From the human T2T-CHM13v2.0 reference genome, Homo sapiens, in NCBI RefSeq assembly GCF_009914755.1, contig NC_060936.1: a DNA stretch of 64,000 bases; one strand, 5' to 3'. Below the pieces are notes generated by a model. The model was not told the origin of the DNA. It saw only the letters and a program-made list of their open reading frames with translations, and ran no database searches. Positions 1-13,493 of the stretch are shown piece after piece. Position 1 is the stretch's first letter, and each line of letters opens with the position of its first letter. The position numbers were made by a program, and so were the translations under genes.

Positions 1-2735
1 CAAGTACTATACCCTTGGCAGAATAGTAAGCATTTTGCATATAATGATATCATTTGATCTTTATACAAACCTATGAAGCTGGTATAACTATCCTATCTTC
101 CATATAAAGAAAGCAAAGCTTAGGAAGGTCATGTAAAGAATGGGGTAGATTCAGGATTGAAAATCAAGCTGTATGACACCTGAGCATGGTTAATTAACTC
201 CTCCATCAAAATCCCTCCATCCATCCCGGGACACATGAGACCCAATACTTTAATAAACTAAACTTCAATTTTTTAAAGACCTTGAAACATGAAATCACAT
301 GATTTATTAAGTACTTTCAAGATCTGAATTACTCAAATGGGTAGAATTAGCACAATAGGAGATGTGTCCATTTATTGCTTCTCAGCTCAAGAAACCAAGC
401 CATGCAGAGAATCTTACTCTTTACTCATTGGGCAACATCCTTTGTAATATAAGATTTAATCAAATTCTCTCGATATAACTATTTATATGTTTTGCTTTTA
501 GCTTCTATGTTTATGGTTCAAGCTCAGCTAGGGGTATAATTATTTTGAAAGGCAGCAGAAAGAAAAATCATCTAACATTAAGTAGATCTGTTGTATGGTC
601 ATCCTTTCAAAACCAACTAGATATTTAATATTTGACATATCACCCTGATCCCAATTACCTTATGTGTAAAATGGAGCTGAAAATACTTCACAGCTTATTG
701 ACTGGGAGCTGGAAATAAATGATCTCTGCAGGAATTATATAACTCTAAGCGTGATGATTAATTGTTCTATGTTAGGCCACAGCCTAATGGCCGAGACATA
801 GAAAAAGAATGGTATAGTGGAACAAGAGTTGCTTTGGAAGACAAGACCTGTATTCTGCTTCTGCTTCTGCTGCCAGTTCCTTTTATGATTCTCAGCAAAT
901 CATTCATGTTATCTGGACCTTGTTTCACCATTTCGTTGTCCATTTTCCTCTCTTAAATAATGAGAGGATAGGAGAATATGTTCTCTTTTGCCTGTTAGCT
1001 TGAAAAGGCACCGATTTTAAACTGATAAATGTAAGTACTTTACATTTAGTGTTTCAAATAGGATGAGCTTACTACAACATACAACATGTCATCAAGTTCA
1101 AGGTGATGTGAACATTTCTTATAGATAGAATTATGTTTAGCTATATTCTTTCTAATGAATGTTTCTCTTTTTTTTCTTGCACACTTGTATTCAGTACAGA
1201 TTCTTTCATGAAATAAGTGATCAGTAACTTTTTCTTTTTGGTAATACCTTTTTCCCGTTTCTAATATTTTGAAAGCCGGTGTTTTAGTAGTCATTTTCTG
1301 TAAGGCCACGTTAGTCTATGAAGCAAAGTTTGATTTTAAAATATCAAGGTAGCACCAAATGCACTTTGTCTACATTGATGGCTTTCTATATTGTTAGATT
1401 GGTTCAATTCTCTTATTATCATTATTTAAAGCACATAGTTATATGGACTACACTGGATAAAGGTATGTATGAAAAGTATAAATATGTATGCCAGTGTGAT
1501 TTTAAATGTCATCCTTCAATGTTCATATGAAAAAAATGGAATGATATGTAGGATGGTAGATTCAAATTAGATTTCTCACCTAACATTTTTAATATTTGGT
1601 TTCTTATTAAGCAAATAAAATAGGTGATAATGTATTAAAATCTTGCACCTGAAAAATAGTCATTCTGTGAATGGCTGACAGCACTTTAGGGTAGCATTAA
1701 AGTCACCATGTTTTCCTGTATCTGGGGAGCACTGTCACAGTGCTTGATTACTTCACCTAACAGGCTCTCAGAAAGATGGACCCCAATGTGGCAGCTTGTA
1801 GCTATACATTAGCGCGGTTTGTGTTACAGCCAATTGCCGTCTGACCTCTCCTCCCAGCAGAGGCAGTGTAGCGCCATCTGTACATCTTTTAGTCACATTA
1901 AATCATGTCATCTAAAGGGCCTCTGAATGTGAACAAGTTTACCTTATGCTTAGGAGAGAAATTAGTCAAACTGCTGAACTGCAAGTCCATGTTCATTTGC
2001 ACTCACCAATTTTCATATTGTTTAAATCTTTTCTGGAGTGATAATACTGTCAGAGACTGCTATCTGTTCAAAATCAGCTACTGTCATAGCTAGACTATCA
2101 CTAAAGATTTTTTTAAAAAGGTCATTAAGGTAATTTGAACTTTATATTTATATGCCAACTAGGTCCCAAGGTTGGAGTCTGAACTACATTCCCAATCAGG
2201 ATATGGATTTTTCAGACATAATTTGGCCCAGGGGCTACCTTGCTAATGTATATTTACATGAAAGACCAAGAAATTTCATAAGACACAAGCTACTCTAAAA
2301 GAGAGAATTGAAATGACCAGGCCTATTGAAGGAACACCTTCTGGGCCCCTGGGCATGGGATATGGCCTAGGTCTGCACAATCAAAATATGCCATTACCCT
2401 AGGCACAGTAATTTTCTCCCCCGAGGAATGCACATGTGAGTAGGCTAAGGCCAATCAGAGCTCTCCCCAGGATTTTCTTTGCAGAGAATAGGGCAAGATT
2501 GTCTTTGAGATGAACTTGCTAACCCTGAAAAACATGATTATGGTTGTGCCAGTGACCATCTTAGTGGAACAGAGAGTAAATCTGCTTTATCACTGGGAAG
2601 ACAGAGTCCTCATTACAGTACTGAAGCTTCTACTTTTATGCCAGCCAGACTGGAGCAGAAGTAGGATTTCTGGACCTTTGGACTTCAAAATTGCATAAGC
2701 CTTTTTTTGTTTGTTTTTTACGTGCTTGTTCAAGT

Positions 2736-2913
2736 CCATGTTTCTCAAAGTGTGATCTCTGTAGCAGCAGCATTAACATGAGCTGAGAACTGGTTAGAAA
2801 TGCTCATTGTAGGGCCCTATCCCATACTTTATAAATCAGAACCTCTGGGAATAGGGAAGAAGTATAACAGACTCTCCAAGTAATTCTGATGCATTAAAGG
2901 TTGGAAAACACCG
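2736..2913. mobile_element. MER5A MITE nested in an old MLT1 LTR (~2330-2965)
   Basis: TTCTCAAAGTGTG...GTTAGAAATGC...ATTCTGATGCA. 8-bp TSD GTTCAAGT (2728-2735) / GTTTAAGT (2914-2921). Confidence 0.75.
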
Positions 2914-4567
2914 GTTTAAGTTATTTTGAATCAAGTTTCTAGCCACCTTCAATTGGCCAAGTCCTGATATAGCAGTGACAAATAAGAACTTTCATAACAG
3001 TGCTAATAGTAATCAGAGAAGTATTTTGGTTAAGAAGTGTTCTTACTTGACCATATCAGAGACCTAGTTTTGAATAAGGAGACTCTCTCAGGAGACTCCA
3101 GGAGTATCTGTTCTTAGTTTAGCCCCATACCAACCTAGCCTCAAGTGGAGTCACAGCCCACTGGGATATAAACATTGAAGAATCTGTTCCGTCTAGGACT
3201 TCAAATTATTAGAATTTTAAAATTGTGGAGATATGGATAGGACTCTTCTCTGAAACTTTATGTCAGCTTGAACACATTCTATTTAAAAGAACTGCTTAAT
3301 TTTAATTTCAATATCTATGTTTAGAAGAGAACCTTTATAGATTGTCTCAAGGGGGAGATTTAGTCCCTCAATCTAAATATCTCTGCCTTTGATCCAAATC
3401 ATTCCAATTTACTTTAACATAAGAGGGTGACTTTTTTCAACTGGCTTAATGCTGGATACTGTGTCGTCAAGGTAAAAATATAGTCAGAAATCTCTTGTGA
3501 GCTAATGGCATAAAAGCGGTATGTTCCCTGATTAACAATTAAAATAGAAAATGTGTGCTTCTGAGAAGTATTGCATCCTTGATCAAAAAAATTAAATAAA
3601 ACAAAAACCACTGTCCTTCACATGCTTATGAATGCAGAATATACCACATGGAAAGTACTGGGTTTCCTTTAGTGTTATTTTTAAATATTTAGACATCTCT
3701 GTGATGCATGTTGATGATTTGGCATATTTAATTCTCATGATACCTTCTTCTCAGAGGATTTATGCTTTGAAACATATCTAAGATCTGAAAAATTATTGCC
3801 TTAATTACAAAAATAGTGTCTTTTGTACACTTTGTGTATTTCATAAGTTTGAGTATGACTACCAGTAATTACTTATTAATTGTAAGACCTGGACTAACAA
3901 ACAGAAATATGTTAATCTATAAAATTCTTTGCAAGGATATTGACAACATTGACAAAATGTTTAATTAACATTTAGTTATAATTAAAGTTATATAAAGTTG
4001 CCTTTTGCAAGCTATGATTGTCTCCACAGTTCAGAGGCCTTGCATGGATGGGACCTGTATGGCTATTAATGGGAGCAAGTTTCCTGTTGGAAGTATGTGT
4101 TAGTATTTTGCAGAGAGGCTTCTTTTCCAAGACCCAAGTAGGCTTAAAAATTCCATGGGTACATATCAGTATTTTAAAGAAAACTATTTCTGAAATTAGG
4201 GTAAACGTGAAAATCATCATCAAAACAGAAAGCCAGATTGTTCTTGGTCCTTATTAATAGTCTCCTAAGCCACTGAAACAGAATTCAGCCAGCTCATGGA
4301 AAATTCTTATATCAATGTTTACTGTATATATGTTTATTGCCTTTTTAAAACCAGTGTACAGCAACAAACAGGGATAAACTTTGAGGTCAAACAAACATTT
4401 GTTAAAATTCTGGTTGTACCAAATACGCACCAGCTGTATGGAGTTAGGCAATATACTTTTTGTGAGGCTTTGTTTCTTTAATATAAAATGAAGATAATTA
4501 ACACCAGTATTCCTAACACCATGTCCTACAATGTCCAGGATAACAAACCTCCATTCATCTTTTGAAA

Positions 4568-4895
4568 TGCTGCAACATGGATGAAACTGGAAGCCATTAT
4601 CTTAAAATGAATTAATGCAGGAACAGAAAACCAAATGCTATGTTTTCTCACTTATAATTGGGAGCTAAACATTGGGTCCTCAAGGACACAAAGATGGCAA
4701 CAGTAGAAACTGGGGACAAATAGAAGGGGAGGCAGGTGAAGAGGGTTGAAAAATGAACCATTGAGTACTATGCCCAGTACTCAAATGACGGGATCATTCC
4801 TACTCCAAACATCAGTATTGCACAATATACCCAGGAAACAAACCAGCACATGTACCCTCTGCATCTAAAAGAAACATTGAAGAAAAGAATAAAAT
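4568..4895 (+). mobile_element. Old L1 3' end (L1PA15/16-like)
   Basis: CAACATGGATGAAACTGGAAGCCATTATC...GAACAGAAAACCAAA...CACATGTACCC followed by an A-rich tail. Confidence 0.85.
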
Positions 4896-5399
4896 TCAAA
4901 GAAATAATTACCAATAAAATAAAATGCAAGGTGATTTGGAACTTTGATGCTCATGGTATATGTAGGTCTATAAGCATGATTACCAACAATGCATTTTCAG
5001 TCTAAGAGGATAAATTTTCCAACCGGAAAATGACCATTTTTCAGTCAAGGATCTAGTAAGTGTACTTACTCTTTCATCCCTCAGGGTCACATTTTTTTTT
5101 TTTCAAAATACTTTCCCTGATACTCTAGTCTGGACTATATGATCTGCCTTTGTGTTTCTCCAAAACTGTATTCATTCTGCTATCAACAGCTTTTAGAATA
5201 TACTGTCTTCTGTCTCTCTTATCCATTATAACGCATGCTCCCTGAATACTGAATTGATATATCATTTGCTTTGAAATTTCACCATCTACTTCAAGGTAAA
5301 GCATTTGTCACAATCAGTAAGAGCTCTTGATTAATTATAGTCCCCTTTCCTTTATAAACTGTTTATGTATTTATATGACAAAAATATGAAATTAGAAAA

Positions 5400-5880
5400 C
5401 TGGATAAAATATAACGTTGCAGGGATATGGATGTGTAACAAGCCTCATATGCTGCAGGTGCATGTGGATTGGTGCTGCCCTTCTGGAAAGCTGTCTGTCA
5501 TACTTAGCCAAATCAAATATATACTCACGTCCAGCCCAGCAATTCTGCTCCTAGGCATGTAACATAGAGAAATTCTCAGAGAGGTGTGTAAGGGGATTTG
5601 TTAAAGGATGCTAATGTTAGTGTTATTTCTGGTGGCAGAGAATTGGAGGCAATCGAAGTGTCTATCTCCAGGGGAGTGCACAGATCTAGTGTGGTTGGCA
5701 GCATGTATTACACACTGTACTCTGCAGCATTCAGTAATAGTGGAGCCAGATAGGTGAATATCCAGAAACATGTGTGAATCTTTAAAATATAACGCTGGGT
5801 GCGAAGATAAGAACAGTAAACTATAACACAATGTCATTTAAAATGTATGCACACAAAACAGCAACACACATTTTAAGTTT
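5400..5880 (+). mobile_element. Ancient L1ME-type fragment
   Basis: Degenerate ORF2-end motifs such as CCCAGCAATTCTGCTCCTAGG. Confidence 0.55.
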
Positions 5881-5888
5881 TTGAAATG

Positions 5889-6150
5889 ATTTAAACTTTT
5901 ATTTTAGATTCAGGGGTACTTTGTTACCTGAATCTTTGTATGTTGCATGATGCTGAGGTTTGGGGTACGACTAATCCCGTCACCCGCAAACTGAGCATAG
6001 TATCCAGTAGTTAGTGTTTCAACCCTGGACTCCTTCTCTCCCTCTCCCTTCTAGTAGTTCCCCATGTCTATTGTCATCTTTATGTCTATGAATACCTAAT
6101 GTTTAGCTGCCACTTACAAGTGGGAACATGCGGTATTTGGTTTTCTGTTC
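5889..6150 (-). mobile_element. Old L1 3' end (L1PA16-like), inside an L1ME remnant
   Basis: TTTTATTTTAGATTCAGGGGTAC...GAACATGCGGTATTTGGTTTTCTGTTC. Confidence 0.8.
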
Positions 6151-7179
6151 TAAAGCAAATATTTTCAGGAACACCTAAGACCAAAATAATGTATGTCAAA
6201 TGCATTGGAATGGTTGCTTTGGTAGGAGAAAGAAAATGAGAATGCTGAATGCTGATAACAGGAAAAAAAATAAAAAGAAAACATATAGGAGGTTAAATGA
6301 GACACAAACAAGAAGTCCTATAAGACCTTTTACAAAATTTGCGTAATTGAAAAAGCACTGACAAACCACAAAGATTTCTAAAGCTTAGCAGCTATTAATT
6401 GGCACTGCTAAAAGAGGAAGAAGTTATGGATTATAGAAAGGGAATAACTTAGATGCTGTTATCTAAGAATAAGCTTTGTCTTCTTAGAAGAGAAAGAAAT
6501 ATTTAATCCTATGCCAGAAGGGAAAAGATGAGAACCACTGAATCTGCATCCTTTGCTGTCGGAATCAAATGTTTGGCATTTTAGGAAATTTCTTCTCAAG
6601 GGCTAGTCTTGAAATCAGATCCCACTGTTCACACGCTTTTCCTTTGTTTAACCAAAAATAAGAAACAGAAATTGACAGGCATTGAGAGAAACAGAAGACT
6701 CATGGAACAAATAATAGTTCTTTTTAATCATGGAAATGAGGTAGTGTTAATCAAGCAAAAACAAGCTAGGGAAGCAACAGCAGCAAATGGAAAAGGAGCA
6801 AAAAGCTCATTAAAGCAATGATCTGAAATCTAGAGAGAAGAGTGGAATGAAGACTGCACATTCTCACACTGCATCATGGTAAAGTGAAAAGAGAAAGCAG
6901 AGTTTGGTGAGAAAAGAATCTCTTCAGTTATGTGTAAACAGATATTTCAATTTCTATAAATTTCATTTCATATTTTATGTCTCAGTGCAATCAAAGTTTT
7001 TCTGATTGTTTTCTGAATTTATAGAAAAGGGAGTTTTAACTAGGTCGTGGGCCAAATACTTTCTTCAGAAAATTTAGCCAAATTTAGCCAATTTTCTCTG
7101 CTTCCTTACCTATAACCATTTTTCACCTGTTAATCGTTCTGATTGTAGCCATTTTTACTGTAATTTAGCCATCTCTAAA

Positions 7180-7360
7180 GCCATGGTTCTCAAACTTTGT
7201 GCGCTTTTGTAAGAATTCCCTTGGTAATATGTTAAAATAGCACATTCTTTGGACATCTGTCCCCCAGAAATTCCGGAGTAGGGCTCAGGAATCTGCATTT
7301 CTACCAGTTCTAGTCTAGATGATAGTCTTTGTAATCACATTTTATGGAATATCTCCAAGG
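7180..7360. mobile_element. MER5-family MITE fragment
   Basis: ATGGTTCTCAAACTTT...CCCAGAAATTC...CAGGAATCTGCATTTC. Confidence 0.6.
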
Positions 7361-10231
7361 GGCTAGTTTTGGAAATTGGAAAATAATATACATCTGCGAA
7401 TGTCACATTCCTTAAAGCAAAGTCATCACATAAGTAAAAGTTAGAAGCACTATGATATGACCCATAAAATGGGTGAATTTTTTCATCTTCCATCATAACA
7501 TATCATTGTGAAGGATTCCAATGTACTTTCAAATAAAAGGAAACACTACTTCGAGTGTACTTTTGAGTTATCATTATTTCACTCATATTTAAGACATTTT
7601 TCAAAATCCAAAATTATGGGATAAGAAAAGACTTCTGGCTGAGCTGAAAGAGTCATAATGGTTATTCTGAAAACTGTCCTAAATGGGACCACTTCCTAGT
7701 ATCTCTCCCTGGAAGCCATCATCTGCCAGTGAACATGCATTTACTCAGTTACCCAGGACGCTGTATTTTTTATAGCAGCACAGACAGAAGAACATTATTA
7801 CCACTGTGATACCAAGAAACAGAAAATTGAAAACATTGCTATTCCTGGTTCTTCTTCCTCAACTCCTCCAAAACTCAGTCCAGGCCATGTTCCTACGTGG
7901 ATTTATCCAGCTAAGGCTGACATAGAGTGCAAGTCCTCCCAGGAAAAATGAGGTAGTACATCTCTTCTCAGGTACAGTTAATGCCAGTGCACTGTAACCC
8001 CTGTGGAAGGGCAGAGCATGTGAGGCTAATCATCTCATTCTTTTGAAGAAATAGGCTGAGCCCTTGAAGAACAAACATGCCATTTTATGCTCTAACAGGA
8101 GACCCGCTTTCCATGATCAAATGATATGTTAGAAAAGCCTAGAAGTAAGTAAGTAATTAAGTAGATTAAGTAGGGTAGCTCATGCACCAACTAAGGGAAA
8201 AAGAAACAAGCCAAAATCTCTAAAAACTGCCCATCTCTGTTTCAAATTGGGTGTTATACTATTGACAAGTATTGAAGTAGCAATTTTAGAATACAGAACC
8301 ATCTTTGACTTAAAAAGGAGACTCCGGTGATATAAAGAATGATTTGGGTTATACTAAGATACAAAGGGCCTTTAGAAAAATGATCAGAGTTGCAATATGT
8401 CTCAATAGTATTTCTAAATATCCTCTTAAAATTTGTATTTAAAGGGAGTCTTTTAGGACAGATACTTCATGAAAAGTAATTGAGTTACTGTTAGTAATTG
8501 AGGAATTTTATGGGACCCTCCAGTTTTGACATATAATCTCTCCCCTTTAAGTATTTTCTTTAACATAGGTACAATAACAGCATCTGCATTTGTTTTCATT
8601 ATGCTGATGCAAAATTTACATGTTTAACTACGTGTGTAAATGCATAAAATTATTCACTTCGAATAGCTATTTGCAATTTAATCAAGCAGGATGAAGTGAC
8701 AGGTATTCCTTTCCTTATCGTTTTCTCTATAAAGAATATTTAATTTTTCAGGCAGTCTCTCTCTTCCTTTTAGATAACTTTTGAGGTATCAGGTCTAGAA
8801 CATTTTACCAGCACTGTGTGGGGAGCTTCAGTTGCATCTGTGGGTGTTTTGTCCCCATTTGTTTCCCTGTTTTTTGTAGAACTATGGCTCCTGTTAGTGT
8901 TTCAATCAGATTTGGGGGAAAAAAAGTTTCTCTGGCATTCCTTCATTCCTTCTTCTCATTTCAGTGGGTGCCATTACCAATATCTGCACCGAACAAAGAG
9001 ACAAGAAACAAAGTTGTCGTGTCTCAGTCCAAATTCTGAAACCCAGAAGAGTTTTTTTTTTTCTCTCTACACCATTTGATTCGCTGTCTTATAAATTTAA
9101 AGGCAGACTTGCTTTAGTTTTATCTTGTTTTCATTTGCTCAAGCTCCGTTTCTCAGTTCCGGATGTTCTGAAGATTATGTGTAGAGATCTGACACCCATC
9201 TTTTCTTGGCTGTGGAATCCTGGCAGATTAAACTACGAACACGATAGCACTGCATTCTTCTTAAGGCTACCAGAGAAATGCCTTCCACTCCGGCCCTTAG
9301 TTTAGTAGTGCATGTTTTTAAAACAAATCGGTCAAGTTTAAAAGGGATTTTTAATAATAAATGTTAAAGGTACAATGAGATGAAAAAAAGTGTTTGGTGA
9401 GTCATTTCTGATCATTTTAAAGGACAGTCTTAGAATTTCAAGGAAGCTAGAATTCCAGGGGATAGTTTCATAAGTATGTTTAAACTTTAGATATTTGTCA
9501 ACAATTAATTATTTCTTAAAGATTATACTGTTGCCAGAGAAGTTTTCTTTTTTCCAAATCGAGTGTTTACTTTTCTTCTATCTTAAGACTGTACTTTCCA
9601 CTTAATCTTCTAGCAGGTGCCTTTGTTTAAAGAAAATAATTAAAGGTTATGCCATTAAAAAATGTGTCCAAAATGAAGCAAAGTGTAACTACGATAGTTG
9701 GAAAATATAAAATATTTGGCTGAGATGCCTGACAGACAACAAATAAACTGGAAAAAGAGAGGTTCTTATTATAACAACAGCTATTCCCAACCTTCTAGCT
9801 TGATCCATTCAGGGACACATTTCAAGCAGTTTCAACTCTTTTAATTAGAATTTATTTTTAGATATTTAGATTACATTACATTTACAGTTTTATTTCATTT
9901 TGTAAAGTTTCATTTCAAAACGGAAAAGATACTTATTTTGTGTGCCAGTCCTGTCCTTTGATGGTGGTGCTTACTCCCCTAAAACTCTACAGTTGTTACT
10001 TCAAAGATTTAGGTCAAAATTAACTTAGAGTCGTTTTTGACAAAGCAGAGACTTAGAAGGCCTTTGCCCAGGATGATGTTTACACATAGCAGGTGCTCAA
10101 TAAATATATGTGACTGATTGTGAAAGTCATCATTATCTATTAAATATTACTATCATAAGGGCAAAATCTATAGGGAGAAAAATCAGTGCATCTATTTATC
10201 GTTCTTTTTGTTCAATGAAAATGTACTTAGA

Positions 10232-10529
10232 GGTTGGGCGTGGTGGCTCACGCCTGTAATCCCAGCACTTTGGGAGACCAAGGCAGGCGGATCACAAGGT
10301 CAAGAGATCGAGACCATCCTGGCCAAAATGGTGAAACCCTGTCTGTGCTGAAAATACAAAAAACTTAGCTGGGTATGGTGGTGTGCACCTGTAGTCCCAG
10401 CTACTTGGTAGCCTGAGGCAGAAGAATTGCTTGAATCTGGGAGGCAGAGGTTGCAGTGAGCCGAGATGGTGGCCACTGCCAGCCTGGTGACAGGGACTCT
10501 GTCTCGAAAAAAAAAAAAAAAAAAAGAAA
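10232..10529 (+). mobile_element. Alu (AluSc-like)
   Basis: GGTCAAGAGATCGAGACCATCCTGGCCAA and an A tail. TSD core GTACTTAGA at 10223-10231 and 10536-10544. Confidence 0.93.
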
Positions 10530-12992
10530 GAAAGAGTACTTAGAGTCAATCACAAATACACAGATATACATTATGCATTTTCTTTTAACCTGAACTTCCT
10601 TGTGACATGTAAATTGACTTGTTTATGTTAATAGCAGCCGTTTAAGAGTAGGTTTCTAAAGCACTGCATGATAATTAAATTGGGCATAATTCACAAATTG
10701 TATGCTACTTTGAAAATGGGCTCCTTCAAAAAGGTATAAGCTAGAACAGAATATATACCTCACAACTGTATCTGAACAGATTCTCATTACATAAAACCGC
10801 ACACACAGTGTGGCAAAGATAATGTCAGCACTTAATGTAGAAAAATAATGCAACATGTTCTCCTTTTGGTTCATTTACTGCCATATGTTACTTGAGTAAT
10901 GAAAACCTATTTGGTGTAGAGACAGAAGTGGATGTATTCTGAAAACCCTGGTCAACAATGAAGGCTTATATTTGCTATTTCTGGAATGACTGCTACGTAC
11001 TCAATTATGAAACATCTCTAGATTATTAGGAAATTTCATTTGATGTGTCCCCTATAAGGACTAAAGGAGGGCATTTAGTTTTCTTTCTTCATTACCCAGT
11101 TACTGTGTAATGAAAATTCTTCCAAATTTGGAAATGCCTAATAACTATGCAGTTCTACTAGTACTAAATTAATTAATATTTAAACATTTTTATCTCCATA
11201 AGAGAATGCTATTAAAGAATTACTGGTTGCCCAAATACTCATATTTATCATTACTTTATATGATATCAAACAGAACTGTGAATTAAATATTAATTTAAAT
11301 TATTCTAAAATGTATCAAAAATTCTATTAATTATCTAAATTATTCTAGGTTGTGGAAAAATCTGGAGTACAAATAATAAACTTTATCAATATTTAAACAG
11401 AAGTGAATTAAATAACTTATTTAATATTACTGAGAAGCAATGTCTACAGCTCAAATCCGAACAAATAAAAACCATGTTTTGCTGTTTATTTTATATGATT
11501 GTCGAAGACAAATGAATTCCAAGGTACAAAAATAATTAGAAACACAAAGACAAATGATGGCAAATATTTTGTGAATTTGGCTTCTTAACTTTTCTGTTTG
11601 ATTATGAAGAGATTTCTGCCAGGACAAAAAATAAACTGATCAATTTCTATAGAGTCATTCCATTAAGTTAGCAAATTTTTCAGACATTTAGGCTGACCTG
11701 GATCCAAACTACAAATTCATGGCTCTTAATCCAATTTGAAGTTAACTCCCCAAGTCCCTAATAAATAGGTGCAATTGTGTGGGATTATACTCTTCGCTTA
11801 AATTCACCTCAAAGATTTTTTTTGATGAAGTTTTAGCCCACAAATTTTTAGTTTACCATTTACCATTTATTGAGGCAGTATCTTTCAATTTTGCATAGTA
11901 TTCATATAAATTAAAATATAATGAAAAATAAGTACTTGAACATAGCCCCTAAAGCCTCATGCAACTAAAAACAGTGGCTGATAAATTACAAAGAGAAAAA
12001 TAAACCAGTTTACAGTGGCACTTTGCTAATGCTGAATTTTAAGTACGTATCAAAAAACACTGAAGTCAAACAAAGAAAATGTTTTACTAAATGGTTAGAA
12101 AACAAACTGAATCCTTCAAAATAGAAACAGCACCCTCCTCTCTTGCTCCTCCCCCTCCCACATATGTTACACTAAGCATTGTCTTGTCTAAACATATATA
12201 AATTGCTTGTTTAGAACTTGGAAAGAATTTAAGGCAAAAATCATGTGACTATGGGAACAGAAATTTAGTACTTCAAATTCAGGGTATCAGAAGCATGTCT
12301 TGCCACTTTCAATCCTAGGCATAGATTCTGGAACTCTTCCTACATGATGGCTGGAGGACAATGGAATGTCTTCAGCTTCAAACCACTGGTGTTAGCTCTA
12401 GGATTTTGAGGTAGAGCAGTATGACATTAGGAGTAGAATATGAATGACAAGTCAAATACAATCTCTGAGGGTGGAAGATGCAGGGTGAGGTTTCAGCGGA
12501 TGGTGTTAAGAATGAAGAAGGAAAGGAAAGAAGTTAAAATAGAAGTTTTTATGGGATGTGGTTTATCTTCCCCCACCCTCCCCCCTTTTTGTTTCTTCTC
12601 TTATTGTTATTCCCCACAATAGTTTGGGTTGGACAGGCAATGTAAATATGGATGGTTTCAAGGGAAGGAAAATAAGACAGAACGGGTGGTCAAATAGCAT
12701 TTTTTTCTACTTTTTCCCTCATTCTTAGCTTGGCTTCACTCATAAATGTTATTTTTTCCTTTCTTTTATGTTTTATTTCCAATATTTGTTCTCTTACCCC
12801 AGGCTTGGGCAGAAGGTGGCAGAGGTGGTAATCAGTAAAAATCTAATCAAAGCACAAAGAAGACAGTCATTCTGTTGTCTTTCTTTCCCTTTAACTGCCT
12901 TTGTTATTAGGATGAAGGATAAAGGACATGAACATTTTCTGTTCACCACTCTATCTCTTCTCTACTATTGGCTTCATAATTGTACATCCTCT

Positions 12993-13493
12993 TTAGACAG
13001 GAGGCAGGACTTAATTCTGGAGGTAGGGCTTGAACCCCAGACCGAAAGGAGGGCTAGTTGAAATAGGGATAGGGTGGCAGCAGCTTTCCATAAGACATGT
13101 CCAACAGTGTGCCGGGTCAGTTTATCATTGCCGTGGTAACACCTGGAAGTTACCACCCCTTTCCATGACAATGACCCAACGACCTGGAAGTTACCACCCT
13201 TTTTCTAGATATTTCTGTGTAATTTCCTCCTTAATTTGCATTTAATTAAAAGTGGGTGTAAATATGACTGCATAACTACCTCAGAGCTGCCACTCTGGGC
13301 ACATTGCCTATGGGGTAGCCCTGCTCTGCAAGGCACAGTACCTCCGGTGCTGCTGTATGCTGCTGCCCTATGCTGCTGCTTCAATAAAAGGTGTTGTCTA
13401 ACACTTCCGGCTCACCCTTGAATTCTTTCCTGGGAGAAACCAAAAGCCCTCCTGGACTAAGCCTCAATTTTGGGGCTTGCCTCCCCTGTGTCA
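12993..13493 (+). mobile_element. ERV1 solo LTR (MER66-like)
   Basis: Typical end AAGCCTCAATTTTGGGGCTTGCCTCCCCTGTGTCA, AATAAA at 13383-13388, duplicated ACCTGGAAGTTACCACCC. Flanks CTCT/CTAT form a degenerate 4-bp TSD. Family name from memory. Confidence 0.8.

Noticed and set aside
7071-7171. AATTTAGCCA three times
   Set aside because: A simple 10-bp slippage duplication plus one nearby copy, with no spacer-array structure.
10292-10549. Alu-derived ORFs (also 24763-25135, 49653-49874, 50022-50315)
   Set aside because: Standard Alu translation artefacts.
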